A stretch of DNA of 60,933 nucleotides, filler included, from 8 parts of 8 records of this genome joined end to end with filler, not necessarily neighbours in it; one strand, 5' to 3'. Shown: positions 10,515-21,976, numbered from the whole stretch's first letter. Made by a program: numbers and translations. The notes: generated by a model not told the origin, from the sequence alone.

Positions 10515-11926
10515 CATCCGCGTGTCACCATCTTTTTCGCCGCGCTTATTTCAATGTAGGACGCCCCATGGGTCGCTCCGAAATGACCGGCCAGAACCGT
10601 GATCAGGGTATCGTCATCGAGGCGGCCCTGATCCAGGAGCCGGGCGATCGCCTTTCGCAGGGGTATGGTCGTGCTCTCTTCCCTGTCGATGTAGTCGGCA
10701 TGGACCCCGAAGCTCAAGGCAAGTTCCCGCATCACCTGGCGGTCGTAAACCTGTGCATAGATGGGATTGTCTCCCCGGTAGGCCGCAATGGCCCGGATGG
10801 TGGTCCCGGAAATGGAGTCCGCGACAATGGCCTCGGTGTTGAGCCGGATGGATGCCTTTACTGCGGCCTTTGCCAGGTAACCGGTGACCATGTTGTCCTC
10901 GGCATAGGGCGTGTCGATAAACGTGCTGCGATTTGACTCGACCTCGGAAGCAATGCTTGCCATTGTCCGGACAGCCAGGACCGGGTAGTCGCCGTTGGCG
11001 GTTTCGCCGGAGAGCATCAGTGCGTCGGTGGAATCCAGGCAGGCATTGGCCACGTCGGAGACCTCGGCACGGGTGGGCCTGGGAGATTTGATCATGGAGT
11101 GGAGCATCTGGGTTGCAACGATAACGGGTGCGCGCTTCTCGATGCAGCGCCGGACCATGGATTTCTGAACCAGGGGAATCTTTTCCGCGGGAATTTCAAC
11201 GGCAAGGTCGCCACGGGCGATCATGATGCCGTAGGCTGACTCCAGGATCTCGTCCAGGTTTTCAACCCCTTCGCTGTTCTCAATCTTTGCGATAATCTTG
11301 ATGGGGCTGTTTGTTTCGTCCAGTATTTTCTGCACGGCCAGGACATCCTCCCTGTTACGCACAAACGAGTGGGCAATGAAGTCGACATTCTGCTCCGCTG
11401 CAAACCGGATGAACCCCTTGTCCTTTTCGCTCAGGGCAGGAAGCTTTACATGGACCGAGGGAATGTTGACGCTTTTCCTGCCGTGGATCACCCCGTCGTT
11501 CTCCACCACGCAGGTGAGGAACTCCTCGTCCTTTTCCATGACGGCAAGGGCCACATAGCCGTCATCGATGAGGATGGAGCTTCCCACCGGCACATCCTTG
11601 ACAAAATCCACGTGGGAAACGCACACCACGTTGCCCCGGGACTGCTCATCCGGTGCGCCCTTGATGCGAATGGAATCCCCGTAGGCGACCTTGAGGGGGG
11701 CTTCCGCCTCACAGGTCCTTATCTCCGGCCCCTTGGTGTCAATGAGGATGGCGATCTTATCCGAGACCTTCCGGACGTTCTCGATCACCTTGAGGGCCTC
11801 ATCATGGGTCTGGTGGGCGGTGTTGAGACGAACAACATCCATTCCCGCCTTATGAAGCTCTTCCAGGAACTCGGGCTCGCAGTTCCTGTCCGATATTGTG
11901 GCGACGATTTTGGTCTTTCTACTCAT
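10511..11926 (-). CDS. pyk: Pyruvate kinase
   Basis: RKTKIVATI, DTKGPEIRT, IARGDL, PTRAEVSDVANA, LSGETA; start MSRK with AGGAG SD. Confidence 0.95.
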   Translation of the reverse strand: MSRKTKIVATISDRNCEPEFLEELHKAGMDVVRLNTAHQTHDEALKVIENVRKVSDKIAILIDTKGPEIRTCEAEAPLKVAYGDSIRIKGAPDEQSRGNVVCVSHVDFVKDVPVGSSILIDDGYVALAVMEKDEEFLTCVVENDGVIHGRKSVNIPSVHVKLPALSEKDKGFIRFAAEQNVDFIAHSFVRNREDVLAVQKILDETNSPIKIIAKIENSEGVENLDEILESAYGIMIARGDLAVEIPAEKIPLVQKSMVRRCIEKRAPVIVATQMLHSMIKSPRPTRAEVSDVANACLDSTDALMLSGETANGDYPVLAVRTMASIASEVESNRSTFIDTPYAEDNMVTGYLAKAAVKASIRLNTEAIVADSISGTTIRAIAAYRGDNPIYAQVYDRQVMRELALSFGVHADYIDREESTTIPLRKAIARLLDQGRLDDDTLITVLAGHFGATHGASYIEISAAKKMVTRGC

Positions 11927-13172
11927 GGATCTCTCCTTTTGTACACAGCCGGATGACAAGGTCGTCCAGCATGATTTCAGGGTCATTTGCCGAACTCTTC
12001 ATCTTAAGATCGAGCTCGTTGAGCTGGATGAGCGCATTGAACAACTCCTCCAGGGTAAACTTATCGGATTTCAGGAAGGTATGGTAAACAGGATAGGTGT
12101 TTTTTTTGTTAGGGGCAATTAAAAGATCGGTTAACACCTTCTTTTTTTTCTTTGGCTCCCCCTCCCCCGGAACAGCCAGGGTTTCCTCCCACTGCTTTGC
12201 CTTTGCGGCCACGGCCGCGTCGGCCCGTTCCACTGCCGGCATTGCCTCCTGCCTGAACCGGTTGTAATCCATTCCCCGCTGCCAGCCGGGTATTCCCTTT
12301 GCCCGGCAGTCCGCGACAAAGAGCTTGACCAGGACCAGTTTTCTCATCTGGTTGACCAGGGCGGTGAGTATCTGCAGGGGATGAAATCCGCCCTTGAGCA
12401 GGGATTTCAGAAAAAACAGGGCCGTTGCCGGGTTCCGGTCGGTGACCGCGTTGGTCAGTTCGAAGATGGCATCCTTGCGGGTGCGCTTGACCACTCTTTT
12501 GACATCGTCGGCGGTGATGCGCTTGCGCTCCCCGACAAATGAAACCAGCTTCTCCAGGTTGTCGCTGAAGGTGCTGGGGTCAAACCCGGTATGGTCCACA
12601 AGGCAGGCGAATGCGTCGTTGGCCATGCCCTTGCCGGTCTTTGTAAGTACGGCCTCCATGGTGGTGCGAAGGAGTACCGTCTGCTGGTTCTTATCCGCCT
12701 GGCGGCTCCCCTTGGGAACGGTGCAGTCCACCACCAGGCCGATTTCCTTAATGGCCTTATAGAGGGCCCTGCGCTTATCCCCCGAGTCCGTGGTGAGAAC
12801 CAGGTAATGGCCGTCGGGAAAGGGGGTTTTGATGAACTCCTGGAACGCTTCGATCTCCGGCTTTGAAAATCCCGGCTGCTTCTGGGTGCCGGCCCCGGGA
12901 AAAATGGGCGCGTTTTTCACGGCTACCACCAGCAGCTCCTCAAAGGAGTAGGTGGAAATCCGCTCCATCACATTGGGAAGGGCCGCCTCGACACCCTCGA
13001 GGAGTTCGTAGGATAGCTCCCGTTTCTTGACCGGTACCAGCCGGTCAACGATCCGGTCAAAGGCTTTCCGGGTCAGAAACTCCTCCCCAAAAGCAAGAAA
13101 AAGCCGGGGAAGTGTTTCCGGCTTTTCAGATGCAAGGAACTGCGCAAGGTCGTTGTAATTAATCTCTGTCAT
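11919..13172 (-). CDS. holA: DNA polymerase III delta subunit
   Basis: LFLAFGEEFL, DKRRALYK, NLEKLVSF, IFELTNAV, ELDLKMKS. Confidence 0.8.
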   Translation of the reverse strand: MTEINYNDLAQFLASEKPETLPRLFLAFGEEFLTRKAFDRIVDRLVPVKKRELSYELLEGVEAALPNVMERISTYSFEELLVVAVKNAPIFPGAGTQKQPGFSKPEIEAFQEFIKTPFPDGHYLVLTTDSGDKRRALYKAIKEIGLVVDCTVPKGSRQADKNQQTVLLRTTMEAVLTKTGKGMANDAFACLVDHTGFDPSTFSDNLEKLVSFVGERKRITADDVKRVVKRTRKDAIFELTNAVTDRNPATALFFLKSLLKGGFHPLQILTALVNQMRKLVLVKLFVADCRAKGIPGWQRGMDYNRFRQEAMPAVERADAAVAAKAKQWEETLAVPGEGEPKKKKKVLTDLLIAPNKKNTYPVYHTFLKSDKFTLEELFNALIQLNELDLKMKSSANDPEIMLDDLVIRLCTKGEIHE

Positions 13173-13932
13173 GGAATCCCTGTCTTGAGAGCCGGACCAG
13201 CATGAAGGCTGCAAAAACCGACATCGCTATCCCGATGGTCTGGGAAACCGAAAGGGCCTCCAGGAAAAAGTCCCCCCTGAAATCCCCCCGGAACATCTCT
13301 ATAAAGGAGCGAAACAGCCCGTAAAGAAAAATGTAAGACCAGAACACCTGGCCCTTGAACATTTTTTTCCCGTCGATCCGGAGCAAAATCAGGAAAATCA
13401 TAAGGTTGGACAGGACCGAATAGATCTGGGTGGGATGGAGAAAAACCCCCAGGGGGGCCAGGGAATCCGGATTGTGAAACTCGATGGCCCAGGGAAGATG
13501 GCACTCCCTTCCGTAGCAGCATCCGGCGAACAGACATCCCAAACGGCCCACGGCATGGCCCAGGGCGATGGGCGGCCCAAGGAGATCGGCCATGTCCCAG
13601 AGGTCCAGGCCCTGTTTCTTCACCCAGGCCATGGCCGTCACAAGGGCAGTGATGAAGCCGCCGTAAAAGACGAGCCCGCCCTGCCAGATCTTGAATACGT
13701 TCAGGGGATCCGAGGTGAATTCCGAAAGGTTCAGCACCACGTAGAATAACCGGGCGCCGATAATGGATGCCACAAGCACCACAAAAAAGAGATCGGATAT
13801 CTTTTCGGACGGGATTCCCCTTACCGCGGCCCGCCGGTTGGAGAGCCACACGGCCACCATGAATCCGAGTCCCACAAAAAGTCCGTAGGTATAGAGGGTG
13901 ATGTCGCCGATTTTAAAGAGTACAGGATGCAT
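13159..13932 (-). CDS. lgt: Prolipoprotein diacylglyceryl transferase
   Basis: MHPVLF..YG, GARLFYV, GGLVFYGG, GRLGC, HPTQIY. Confidence 0.93.
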   Translation of the reverse strand: MHPVLFKIGDITLYTYGLFVGLGFMVAVWLSNRRAAVRGIPSEKISDLFFVVLVASIIGARLFYVVLNLSEFTSDPLNVFKIWQGGLVFYGGFITALVTAMAWVKKQGLDLWDMADLLGPPIALGHAVGRLGCLFAGCCYGRECHLPWAIEFHNPDSLAPLGVFLHPTQIYSVLSNLMIFLILLRIDGKKMFKGQVFWSYIFLYGLFRSFIEMFRGDFRGDFFLEALSVSQTIGIAMSVFAAFMLVRLSRQGFHDRD

Positions 13933-13940
13933 GGGATTTC

Positions 13941-14444
13941 CTAAAGTTCAGGGACCTTGTTGAGAACGACATGGTATACAAAGACCGCCATGCCGAGACA
14001 GATGGCCATATCAGCCACATTGAATGCAGGCCAGTGATAGGCGCCTAAATAAAAGTCCAGGAAATCCACCACCTTGCCGAACCTGAACCGGTCGATGAGG
14101 TTGCCCACGGCCCCGGCAAAGATGGCGGCAAGCCCGTAGGAGAGTGCCCTGTGGGTGGCGGCGGTTTTCTTGTAGAACCACAGGATCATCAGGGCCACCA
14201 GGGAGCTCACGAACAGAAAAAAGAAACGCCTGATCTCGGGAGAGTGTTCGGCAAACAGCCCGAACGCCCCCCCCGGGTTCAGTACGTGGGTCAGATTGAA
14301 ACAGCCCTCAATCAAGGGGACTGTTTCATGGAGAGCCAGCGTGTTTGTAACAATCGCCTTGGAGGCCTGGTCCAGGAGGACGATGACGGTGCTTACCAGA
14401 CCAAGCCTTACCAGGGCTTTTGTTTCTATGAAATTAATTTTCAA
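13941..14444 (-). CDS. lspA: Signal peptidase II
   Basis: DQASK, NPGGAFG, GNLIDR, VVDF, WPAFNVAD. Confidence 0.93.
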   Translation of the reverse strand: MKINFIETKALVRLGLVSTVIVLLDQASKAIVTNTLALHETVPLIEGCFNLTHVLNPGGAFGLFAEHSPEIRRFFFLFVSSLVALMILWFYKKTAATHRALSYGLAAIFAGAVGNLIDRFRFGKVVDFLDFYLGAYHWPAFNVADMAICLGMAVFVYHVVLNKVPEL

Positions 14445-16004
14445 TGTTTGCTATGGTATCCAGTGCGGTTGAACATCTCTTGCATGCGCCTTCGTGGCAT
14501 GCTTCGTCTCCCACGGTGGTGTCGTACTTCCAGCAGCGGTTGCACTTTTCACCCTGGGCTTTACTTACCTGCACGCCAAGGCCTTCCATCTCCTTGCTCA
14601 TGTAGCAGTCACCCTCCAGGGTATCGGCAAGGGCAGCGGAAGAGACGATGAAGATGTCCCTCAGGTCCTCGCCAAAGCCTGCCAGCAGCGCCTTAAGGTC
14701 GTCGTTGGGAACCATGATGGCAAGGCTTGCATCCAGGGGATGGCCGATCAGTTTTGCGGCCCGGGCTTCCTCGAGGGCCTTTGTCACCTCGGCCCTCACT
14801 TCAAGGATCTTGGTCCAGTCCGCTGCCAGGGCATCGTCTTTCCAGGCATCGTCAACCACCGGAAGCTCGGACAGGTGAACGCTCTCGGGACGTCCCTCAA
14901 CCTCGGGCATGTGCTTCCACACCTCTTCGGCCGTGAACGGAAGGATCGGGGCCATGAGCCGTGTGATGTTGTCCAGGATGATGTACATGGTGGTCTGGGC
15001 GTCCCGCCGGGCATCGTCAGTGGCAGGCGAGGTATAGAGCCTGTCCTTGATGATATCCAGGTAGAAGGCGGACAGATCCACAACACAGAAGTTATGGAGC
15101 GAGTGGTAGATGGTGTGGAACTCGTAGCTGTCATAGGCGGCAAGGCACCGTCCAAGGAGCTCGTGAAGCTTATGGAGGATGAACTTGTCAAGGCCGGCCA
15201 TGTCTGCCACGGGCCGTGCATCGGTCGCCGGGTTGAAGTCAGACAGGTTGCCCAGCATGAACCGGCAGGTGTTTCGAATCCGCCTGTATGCGTCGGACAG
15301 CTGCTTCACGATGTTGTCGGAGATCCTGACATCGTCCCGGTAGTCGGCGGATGCCACCCAGAGACGCAGGATGTCGGCGCCGTGGGTCTTGATGATCTTA
15401 TCCGGGGCAACAACGTTACCCACGGATTTTGACATTTTTTTACCCTGGGAGTCCACGACAAATCCGTGGGTGAGCACCGACTTGTACGGCGCGTGATCGG
15501 TTCTGCCAACCGCCGTCAGAAGGGAGCTGTGGAACCATCCCCGGTGCTGGTCGCTGCCTTCGAGGTAGAGATCCGCGGGCCGCTGAAGCCCCTCCCTCTC
15601 GTGGAGGACCGCTGCGTGGCTCACGCCGGAATCAAACCATACGTCCAGGATGTTGTGATCCTTCGTAAAGGAGTCGCTGCCGCATTTTTCACAGACCGCA
15701 CCCTCGGGCATGAGGAATTTTGCGTCTTTTTCAAACCAGATATCGGAGCTGTGCTCGGTGAAGAGCTCGTGGATCCTGTCCACGGACTCCCGGGTCACAT
15801 GGACCTCTCCGCACTTCTCGCAATGGAATACGGGAATGGGAACACCCCAGGAGCGCTGGCGGGACAGACACCAATCCGGACGGTGCTCGATCATGGAGTA
15901 GATCCGGTTCTTTCCCCAGGAGGGAATCCAGTTGACATTGTCGATCTCGGTGAGGCTCTGCTGACGGAGACCTTTCTTGTCCATGGAGATGAACCACTGG
16001 GGGG
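14434..16004 (-). CDS. ileS: Isoleucine--tRNA ligase, 5'-truncated
   Basis: DWCLSRQRSWG, LEGSDQHRGWF, KMSKS, C-terminal Zn finger; ileS-lspA linkage. Confidence 0.95.
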
Positions 16005-16104
16005 NNNNNNNNNNNNNNNNNNNNNNNNNNNNNNNNNNNNNNNNNNNNTTAATTAATTAANNNNNNNNNNNNNNNNNNNNNNNNNNNNNNNNNNNNNNNN
16101 NNNN
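16005..16104. other. Artificial contig spacer
   Basis: N-run + TTAATTAATTAA + N-run. Confidence 0.99.
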
Positions 16105-16848
16105 AATGCCCTCTGCGTCCGTATCCTTTCTCACGATGGAAAGGTACTGTTCCTTGAACTGTTCCACGCTTCCAATGTCCTTTTTCAACTGATCGAAGCG
16201 TATCTCTCCCCTGTCCATAATGAGCATGCGGTCACAGAGCTCAAAAGCACGCTCAATGTTGTGGGTTATCATAATACGAGTTACATCTGAGCTTCCTGTA
16301 GCCATAAGCACACGCTCAAAATTAGAAGCTGCATGCTGGTCGAGTCCGGTATATGGTTCATCCATGAGCAGAATTTCCGGCTGATGGAGTAATGCCCTTG
16401 CAATTGAGAGCCTCTGTTTCATTCCCCTGGAAAATGAGCTTGTCCTCTCATCTGCACGCTGTAAAAGGTCGACACTTTTCAGTATAGCATCGACCTTGCC
16501 ATCGATATTGTTCCTGTCTATGTCGTACATATTTGCAAAGAATACGAGGTTCTCCCTTGCAGTAAGCTCATCATAAAGATAGGTCTCATGGGATATGGCA
16601 CCGATCATATATCTTATTTTTTCAGGTCTTTTTTTGGCATCGATCCCATTCACAAATAAAGTTCCTTTAGAAGGAGCGATGATCGTGGACATTATCTTGA
16701 GGAGAGTGGTCTTTCCAGCACCATTGGGACCGAATATTGCAATGACTTCACCTTTTCCAATCTCAAGGTCTATATTGTTCAGTGCCTTTCTACGTCCGAA
16801 GCTCTTTGAAAGACCGGAAATTGAGATGATACTGTCCATTGGAGCCAT
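16105..16848 (-). CDS. ccmA: CcmA-like ABC ATP-binding protein (heme exporter type), 3' end at contig edge
   Basis: GPNGAGKTT, ISHETYLYDELTARENL, FSRGMKQR, DEPYTGLD. Confidence 0.65.
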
Positions 16849-16951
16849 TAGGGCTATATTTACATTTTCAGGTTATATAAATTAACGTTCTGTTGATTCC
16901 ATCTGAAAAGAAAAAAAGAAACCTGAAGGGATGAAAAAACAGAACTGTATC

Positions 16952-17620
16952 TCATCTCTCAAATGCAGGTCCGCCGACATCCGCAGCATTGCTGTATCCG
17001 GCAGTTTCCCAGTAACCTTTGTATGGTTCGTCGGTGACCTCAATTGAAGTTATCCATTTTGCCCACTTATAGCCATATTTGTCCTCGGCCACAAGCTGTA
17101 GTGGGAATCCCCTGTCAGCAGGCAGTGTTACATTGTTCAGTTCGTAGGCGAGCATGATATCGTTACCCATAAGATAGTCCAGTTCAAGACCTGTAGAATA
17201 GCCATCTGCACTGTAGAAGATCACCGTAGTTGCACTGTCGTTGATACCTGTATCATTGAACAGTGTGTTCAGTGTCACACCTTTCCACATTGCATTAAAT
17301 CCCCAGCCTTCAACGCAATCCATGCGCACAAACCGGGTGTCTGAAGGATATGCAAGCAACTGCTCATAGCTCAGGGTCATGGAATTATCCACCAATCCGT
17401 ATATCTTTAGCTCATAAGCATCCTGATCAATGTACTGGGTTCCTTTGATATCATTGTTCCTTTGTTCTGAAATGGGAGTGAGGTTCTTACCTTCAAATAC
17501 CGTAGTCTCAAGTATCATAGCTTCATCTGAAGTGTTTTCATCCTGCTGCTGGGTATCAAGGCATCCTGAAATAGAGATAATCAGGATCATAGTGGAAATT
17601 AATGCAAATATCGTTGTCAC
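16952..17620 (-). CDS. Molybdopterin-dependent oxidoreductase (sulfite oxidase/MsrP-like domain) lipoprotein
   Basis: ISGC lipobox, MDCVEGW, GFPLQLV, YGYKWAKWI, GYWETAGY. Confidence 0.8.
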   Translation of the reverse strand: MTTIFALISTMILIISISGCLDTQQQDENTSDEAMILETTVFEGKNLTPISEQRNNDIKGTQYIDQDAYELKIYGLVDNSMTLSYEQLLAYPSDTRFVRMDCVEGWGFNAMWKGVTLNTLFNDTGINDSATTVIFYSADGYSTGLELDYLMGNDIMLAYELNNVTLPADRGFPLQLVAEDKYGYKWAKWITSIEVTDEPYKGYWETAGYSNAADVGGPAFER

Positions 17621-17658
17621 TAAATACTTTGGAAAATGAATATGAATACCTCCTGAGT

Positions 17659-17958
17659 TTATATATTGTCCAGGAGTTCAATTCCCCTGTCGCTTAAAGA
17701 GTACTTACCCTCGATTAGGTTGAGAAACTCCCCGTTAATCAGGAATTCAGTATGATACTTGAAAACCCCTTCATCAAGTCCTGTTTTTTCAAGCAGTTCA
17801 GTCTTTGTAGAGCCAAAAACACCTATTTCCCTGATAAGTTGCCTTCTGATGGGGTGGGAAGCTGCCTTGTGTATCAATTCATGTTCAGCCTTAACGCGTT
17901 CCCTTTCAGTCGGTTGTGTATCTAAAAGATTATCCAGATCATCGTCATCATCCAGCAT
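17659..17958 (-). CDS. Winged helix-turn-helix protein (ArsR-like)
   Basis: HPIRRQLI...KYH...YSLSDRG pattern. Confidence 0.7.
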   Translation of the reverse strand: MLDDDDDLDNLLDTQPTERERVKAEHELIHKAASHPIRRQLIREIGVFGSTKTELLEKTGLDEGVFKYHTEFLINGEFLNLIEGKYSLSDRGIELLDNI

Positions 17959-18116
17959 ATTCCCATTCCTCCTTAAAATATCAATGAAGGTATCTTATAA
18001 TAAGCATTGCGCCAGATGAAACAGAAACTTAGTTCTCAGTTGTGAAAAAGGAAAAGCCTAAATTAAGGGTTAGATAATTAACGAAAAGAAAATCAGATGC
18101 TTGCTTTCTTAATTAG

Positions 18117-18208
18117 AATATAAATGCTGGCATTGTTGAAAGCAAACAATTTGTTAATGCAAGAGGGTGCATTTATCTGAGGGGATCGTTGGAGCCAGCA
18201 TTTATATT
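18117..18208. repeat. Perfect 15-bp inverted repeat enclosing two small hairpins
   Basis: AATATAAATGCTGGC (18117-18131) and GCCAGCATTTATATT (18194-18208). Confidence 0.75.
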
Positions 18209-18560
18209 AATGTGATAATGCCACTGAGGTTTCTGTTTTGGAAACATATTTAATCTCCGTTTCAGATGTTTTCTGTGACTCTTTTGCTATCATACCCGGG
18301 TCTGCAGGCAGGAATACAAGTTTTCCATCCTGGTATCTCATGGGAGAACCAATAGCTTTGTAATAATCATTCTTAAGGCTCTGCATTGCAGCTACCACGG
18401 TTTCAATGTCATACTCTGTGTTGCCAAGGTTTGCAGATGCTACACCCAGCAGCACGTCGTTGGCGTGCAGGGCAAGGTGCAGGTGCCACGTATCCTTGTT
18501 AACGAATTCATGAATTTTAATATCCATAACCATATTGCTTTCATTTTCCCTCATAATCAC
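18207..18560 (-). CDS. Hypothetical protein
   Basis: AGGAG SD and TTTATATG TATA-like box upstream; no recognised family. Confidence 0.6.
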   Translation of the reverse strand: MIMRENESNMVMDIKIHEFVNKDTWHLHLALHANDVLLGVASANLGNTEYDIETVVAAMQSLKNDYYKAIGSPMRYQDGKLVFLPADPGMIAKESQKTSETEIKYVSKTETSVALSH

Positions 18561-18690
18561 AATCTCCTATTAATTGACTGCAAACACTACTTTACATGAA
18601 CTCATATAAAAGCAGTTTGTTATTATATTTAGAATGATGTCCATGAATAAAATTAGCATGTACTCAATATGGACGTCTATGTTCATAGAA

Positions 18691-19737
18691 TCATTCGAAG
18701 AAGCTTATAGGTACTGTTTTTCCAGGCTGATCATTCCTTTTAACGTATACATGATATTTTTCACTATCAGTATCAAAAACAAAGACATATTCTGTCTTGA
18801 AATAAGCCCAATACTGAGCATATGAATTCCTCGCATCACTTATGGTGACCGTCACATTTTCCCCGGAAGAGGAAATATTGTATACAGGATAATCAATCTC
18901 ATTCGGCAGACTTCCTTCATAAAGCTTTTTTGCCCTCAGTAAATAAGGCATTGATTTTATTTCATCATCATGATGTATCCTTACAAGTCTGCTTTTTTCA
19001 ATGCCTGACCAGTAACTTAAAATTTGGATTTCATAGTAATTCTCATTGTATTGGTATGCAGACAGGAATTTACCTGGGGAAACCGGATACGAATCCTGAT
19101 AGTCAAGATCAATTCCTTCTCCTTTCTCAATCCCGGAAATCAGAAATGCTTTTGCAAAAGGATTAATCAAGCACCACAATGTAAAAATGATGAGAAGATG
19201 TCCGTATAGTTTCTTATGTTTGTTTGAAGTAAGGAATAAAAGCCAGTTATTTTGTCCATTTTGTCTTATGTTCTTCTTTGCACGCCCTTTTAGAATATAG
19301 AACAATGGTACAAAAGAGATAATTGTGACAACCGGGTCAAAGAAATCAATGGCACCTATTGTTGATGCATCTGTTATGAAAGGGAAAAAAGGTCGCATCT
19401 TCCAACTTGTGACATAATCAAGATATATATGACTAAATATTGCTGCTGCTGAAGCAATTGTTAGTGTTCTGTCCTTTTCCCTGAGAAATACATATAAAAT
19501 TACAAGGGCTACAAACACAAGGGAGTGCATGAATTCCCGATGTCCCATTAAATAATACAGGGTATTGTACGTCTGATGATTCAGGCTTTGGTCAATTACC
19601 AGCAGCAAAGCACTCAATAAAAAATCAAGATCAGGCAATACTGCCATAAAGGCAATTATTTTTATCTGTCTGCTGTTAAGACCAGCAACTGATGCTATAA
19701 GCAACCCGATTCCCAGATGGGATAGAGTATTTACCAT
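18691..19737 (-). CDS. Membrane-bound metal-dependent hydrolase (YdjM/DUF457-like)
   Basis: NTLSH, LPDLD, HREFMHS, SHIYLD motifs. Confidence 0.8.
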   Translation of the reverse strand: MVNTLSHLGIGLLIASVAGLNSRQIKIIAFMAVLPDLDFLLSALLLVIDQSLNHQTYNTLYYLMGHREFMHSLVFVALVILYVFLREKDRTLTIASAAAIFSHIYLDYVTSWKMRPFFPFITDASTIGAIDFFDPVVTIISFVPLFYILKGRAKKNIRQNGQNNWLLFLTSNKHKKLYGHLLIIFTLWCLINPFAKAFLISGIEKGEGIDLDYQDSYPVSPGKFLSAYQYNENYYEIQILSYWSGIEKSRLVRIHHDDEIKSMPYLLRAKKLYEGSLPNEIDYPVYNISSSGENVTVTISDARNSYAQYWAYFKTEYVFVFDTDSEKYHVYVKRNDQPGKTVPISFFE

Positions 19738-20032
19738 CCTTTTCTCTTCACCCTATGTAAAAGATATAACTATTTCTTTTTATATTTTAGGAGGAGTCTG
19801 GATAAAAAAAAGATTAGTACTTTCAGAGGATATTTGCGGCAAGTTTGTGGAAACCATGTATAGTTGAATTGTTGTCAGAATAGATCATCGGCCATCTTCT
19901 GGTTTGAAGTGTGCTAATTGAAAATGTAGTAAAATAACCATATTGTAATCTATAGGGAATTCTACAAACATTCACTTCAATATTTTGGATTTGTAGAAAT
20001 CCCTGCTATCACAAACTATAAATGTATAATTT

Positions 20033-21976
20033 TTATTGTTCTTCCTGTTTAGTTATATAGCACTGAATGTCTCCATTACTATAAACTAAATCAAAATTAC
20101 TTGATTCGAATTTCTCATAAAAATTTTCAGGCAATAGTATGTTCATCGTTAGTCCGAAAAGCTTGCCGTATGTAACAGTTATAGGTTCTTTTAATGTTGA
20201 CTTCCTAAAGACGACCAACAAGCCATTATCAACTTCCGTTGAGTTTGAGTCTATGTATTCCCGTGAAATATAATGAAACTTATCACCCGAACTATTACCA
20301 TAAGCTCTGACACAAGTTGCAAAAAGTGTATCTAGCCTTATGTCTCCGTAGTATGAATTGGTAATTGTATCTGCAGCAACAATTTCAGAAAATTTAAACT
20401 GGTTTCTAACTGTTCTTTCTTTTTCAATAATGGGAGTATCTTTATTTATTGCCGGTGTTATTAGCATTAATGATGTAAAAACAGATATTACCACAAGCAC
20501 GACCGCTAGTTTGCCCTTATTGGATTTAATAATATTTATAAAATCAAAAAGATATGCTGATACTACAATTACCAGCAAAATAGAAAGTAATGGGATCCAC
20601 CTTGTAGTTAATAGATTTCTCATTCCAATTAAAGGAACGACATATATGATTGCATACAATCCACTAATTGCAAATGCAAACGAATATTTTTGATAATCCT
20701 TTGAAGAAAACCATAATAAAACCCCACCAATCACTAAAAAGGGCATAATAAGATAGCACGATTGGATCAGAACTGTATCTAATAGTGGTCGTTGATATTC
20801 ATATCCGGTAAGTAATACTCCCATTTCATAGGAACTGCCAGATCGCAATACACTTAAAAGGGGAAGTAGTATCATCTCAAAAAATGATCTACCTGAATGA
20901 ACATATGTATACATCCAGTATGCCTGTACCGAAACAGCAAATAGTATAATGTAGTTCATGTTCATGCCCAAAAAACTACTAATTTTCCGGGAATGTAGCA
21001 TATTTGAAATGTATATGCCAACTAATAAAAACATAAAAACCATAAGTGAGACAAATGTAGACAATTGATGAGTAATTATCATTATAAAAGTTATTGTTAT
21101 CACTAATATTTTAGTTTCAACATTCTGATTTTTCCCAAAAATAAGGTATAGGCAAACTACTAAATAGCAGAGAACCAAAGACCCTGGGGTAATATTTGCA
21201 ACTCCTCTTACTATATTGTAATTATGCAAATTTATTAGCAAGGCACTAAAAAGACCTACTTGTGACCCTACAAATTTTTTGCCAATAAGGTACACAAAAA
21301 AAGTAGTGATCAAAATACTGGCAAATCCAATTGAATAGAAAATAGCATTTTTAATGTTTGCCTCGCAGAGCATTTTTGTTAAGGAAATAAAAAGGTGAAA
21401 TATCGGATAGGATGCATATTTTCCTATTATTTCAACAGGTGGTACAAATCCCCTGGAAATAATTGAATTACTTATGGATGCATGAACATAGGCATCATAT
21501 CCTATAAGACTTGGAAACGCATAATAAATTCCGATCCTTATGTTCAAAGATACTAGAATGATTTTTAATAGTGTTGAATAGAGATTTTCTTCATTCTTTG
21601 AATACAAGATTTCAATAGCAATTAATGCTACAAGGACAACTATCAGTATGAAGTAAGGAATAGATCTCTTGTATGACTGTGAATAATAAAGACCCATTGA
21701 AATAAGAAATACGCTGTAAAAAAGAATATCTAAGTATATTTTGTTTTGAGGATTAAAATTCACTACAAACTGCGTAATGGCGTCAGAACGATTCTTTATT
21801 TTTGACCTGACCAGCAAGTAAATTAAGGATGCAAAAAATACAGTCAGACCGATACCTTGTTGACTTATGCCAAGTACATAACACATGATAAGAATAACAA
21901 GACCAAGAATAACGCCAAGGATTCCAAAAATAAGATCCAGCTTGTCGTTTATCGTTTTTATGCTAATAGTTTTCAT
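20033..21976 (-). CDS. Polytopic membrane protein (GT-C-like, probably surface-glycan related)
   Basis: Many TM segments, GYDAYVH, YPIFH, THQLS motifs; AT-rich relative to neighbours. Confidence 0.65.
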   Translation of the reverse strand: MKTISIKTINDKLDLIFGILGVILGLVILIMCYVLGISQQGIGLTVFFASLIYLLVRSKIKNRSDAITQFVVNFNPQNKIYLDILFYSVFLISMGLYYSQSYKRSIPYFILIVVLVALIAIEILYSKNEENLYSTLLKIILVSLNIRIGIYYAFPSLIGYDAYVHASISNSIISRGFVPPVEIIGKYASYPIFHLFISLTKMLCEANIKNAIFYSIGFASILITTFFVYLIGKKFVGSQVGLFSALLINLHNYNIVRGVANITPGSLVLCYLVVCLYLIFGKNQNVETKILVITITFIMIITHQLSTFVSLMVFMFLLVGIYISNMLHSRKISSFLGMNMNYIILFAVSVQAYWMYTYVHSGRSFFEMILLPLLSVLRSGSSYEMGVLLTGYEYQRPLLDTVLIQSCYLIMPFLVIGGVLLWFSSKDYQKYSFAFAISGLYAIIYVVPLIGMRNLLTTRWIPLLSILLVIVVSAYLFDFINIIKSNKGKLAVVLVVISVFTSLMLITPAINKDTPIIEKERTVRNQFKFSEIVAADTITNSYYGDIRLDTLFATCVRAYGNSSGDKFHYISREYIDSNSTEVDNGLLVVFRKSTLKEPITVTYGKLFGLTMNILLPENFYEKFESSNFDLVYSNGDIQCYITKQEEQ

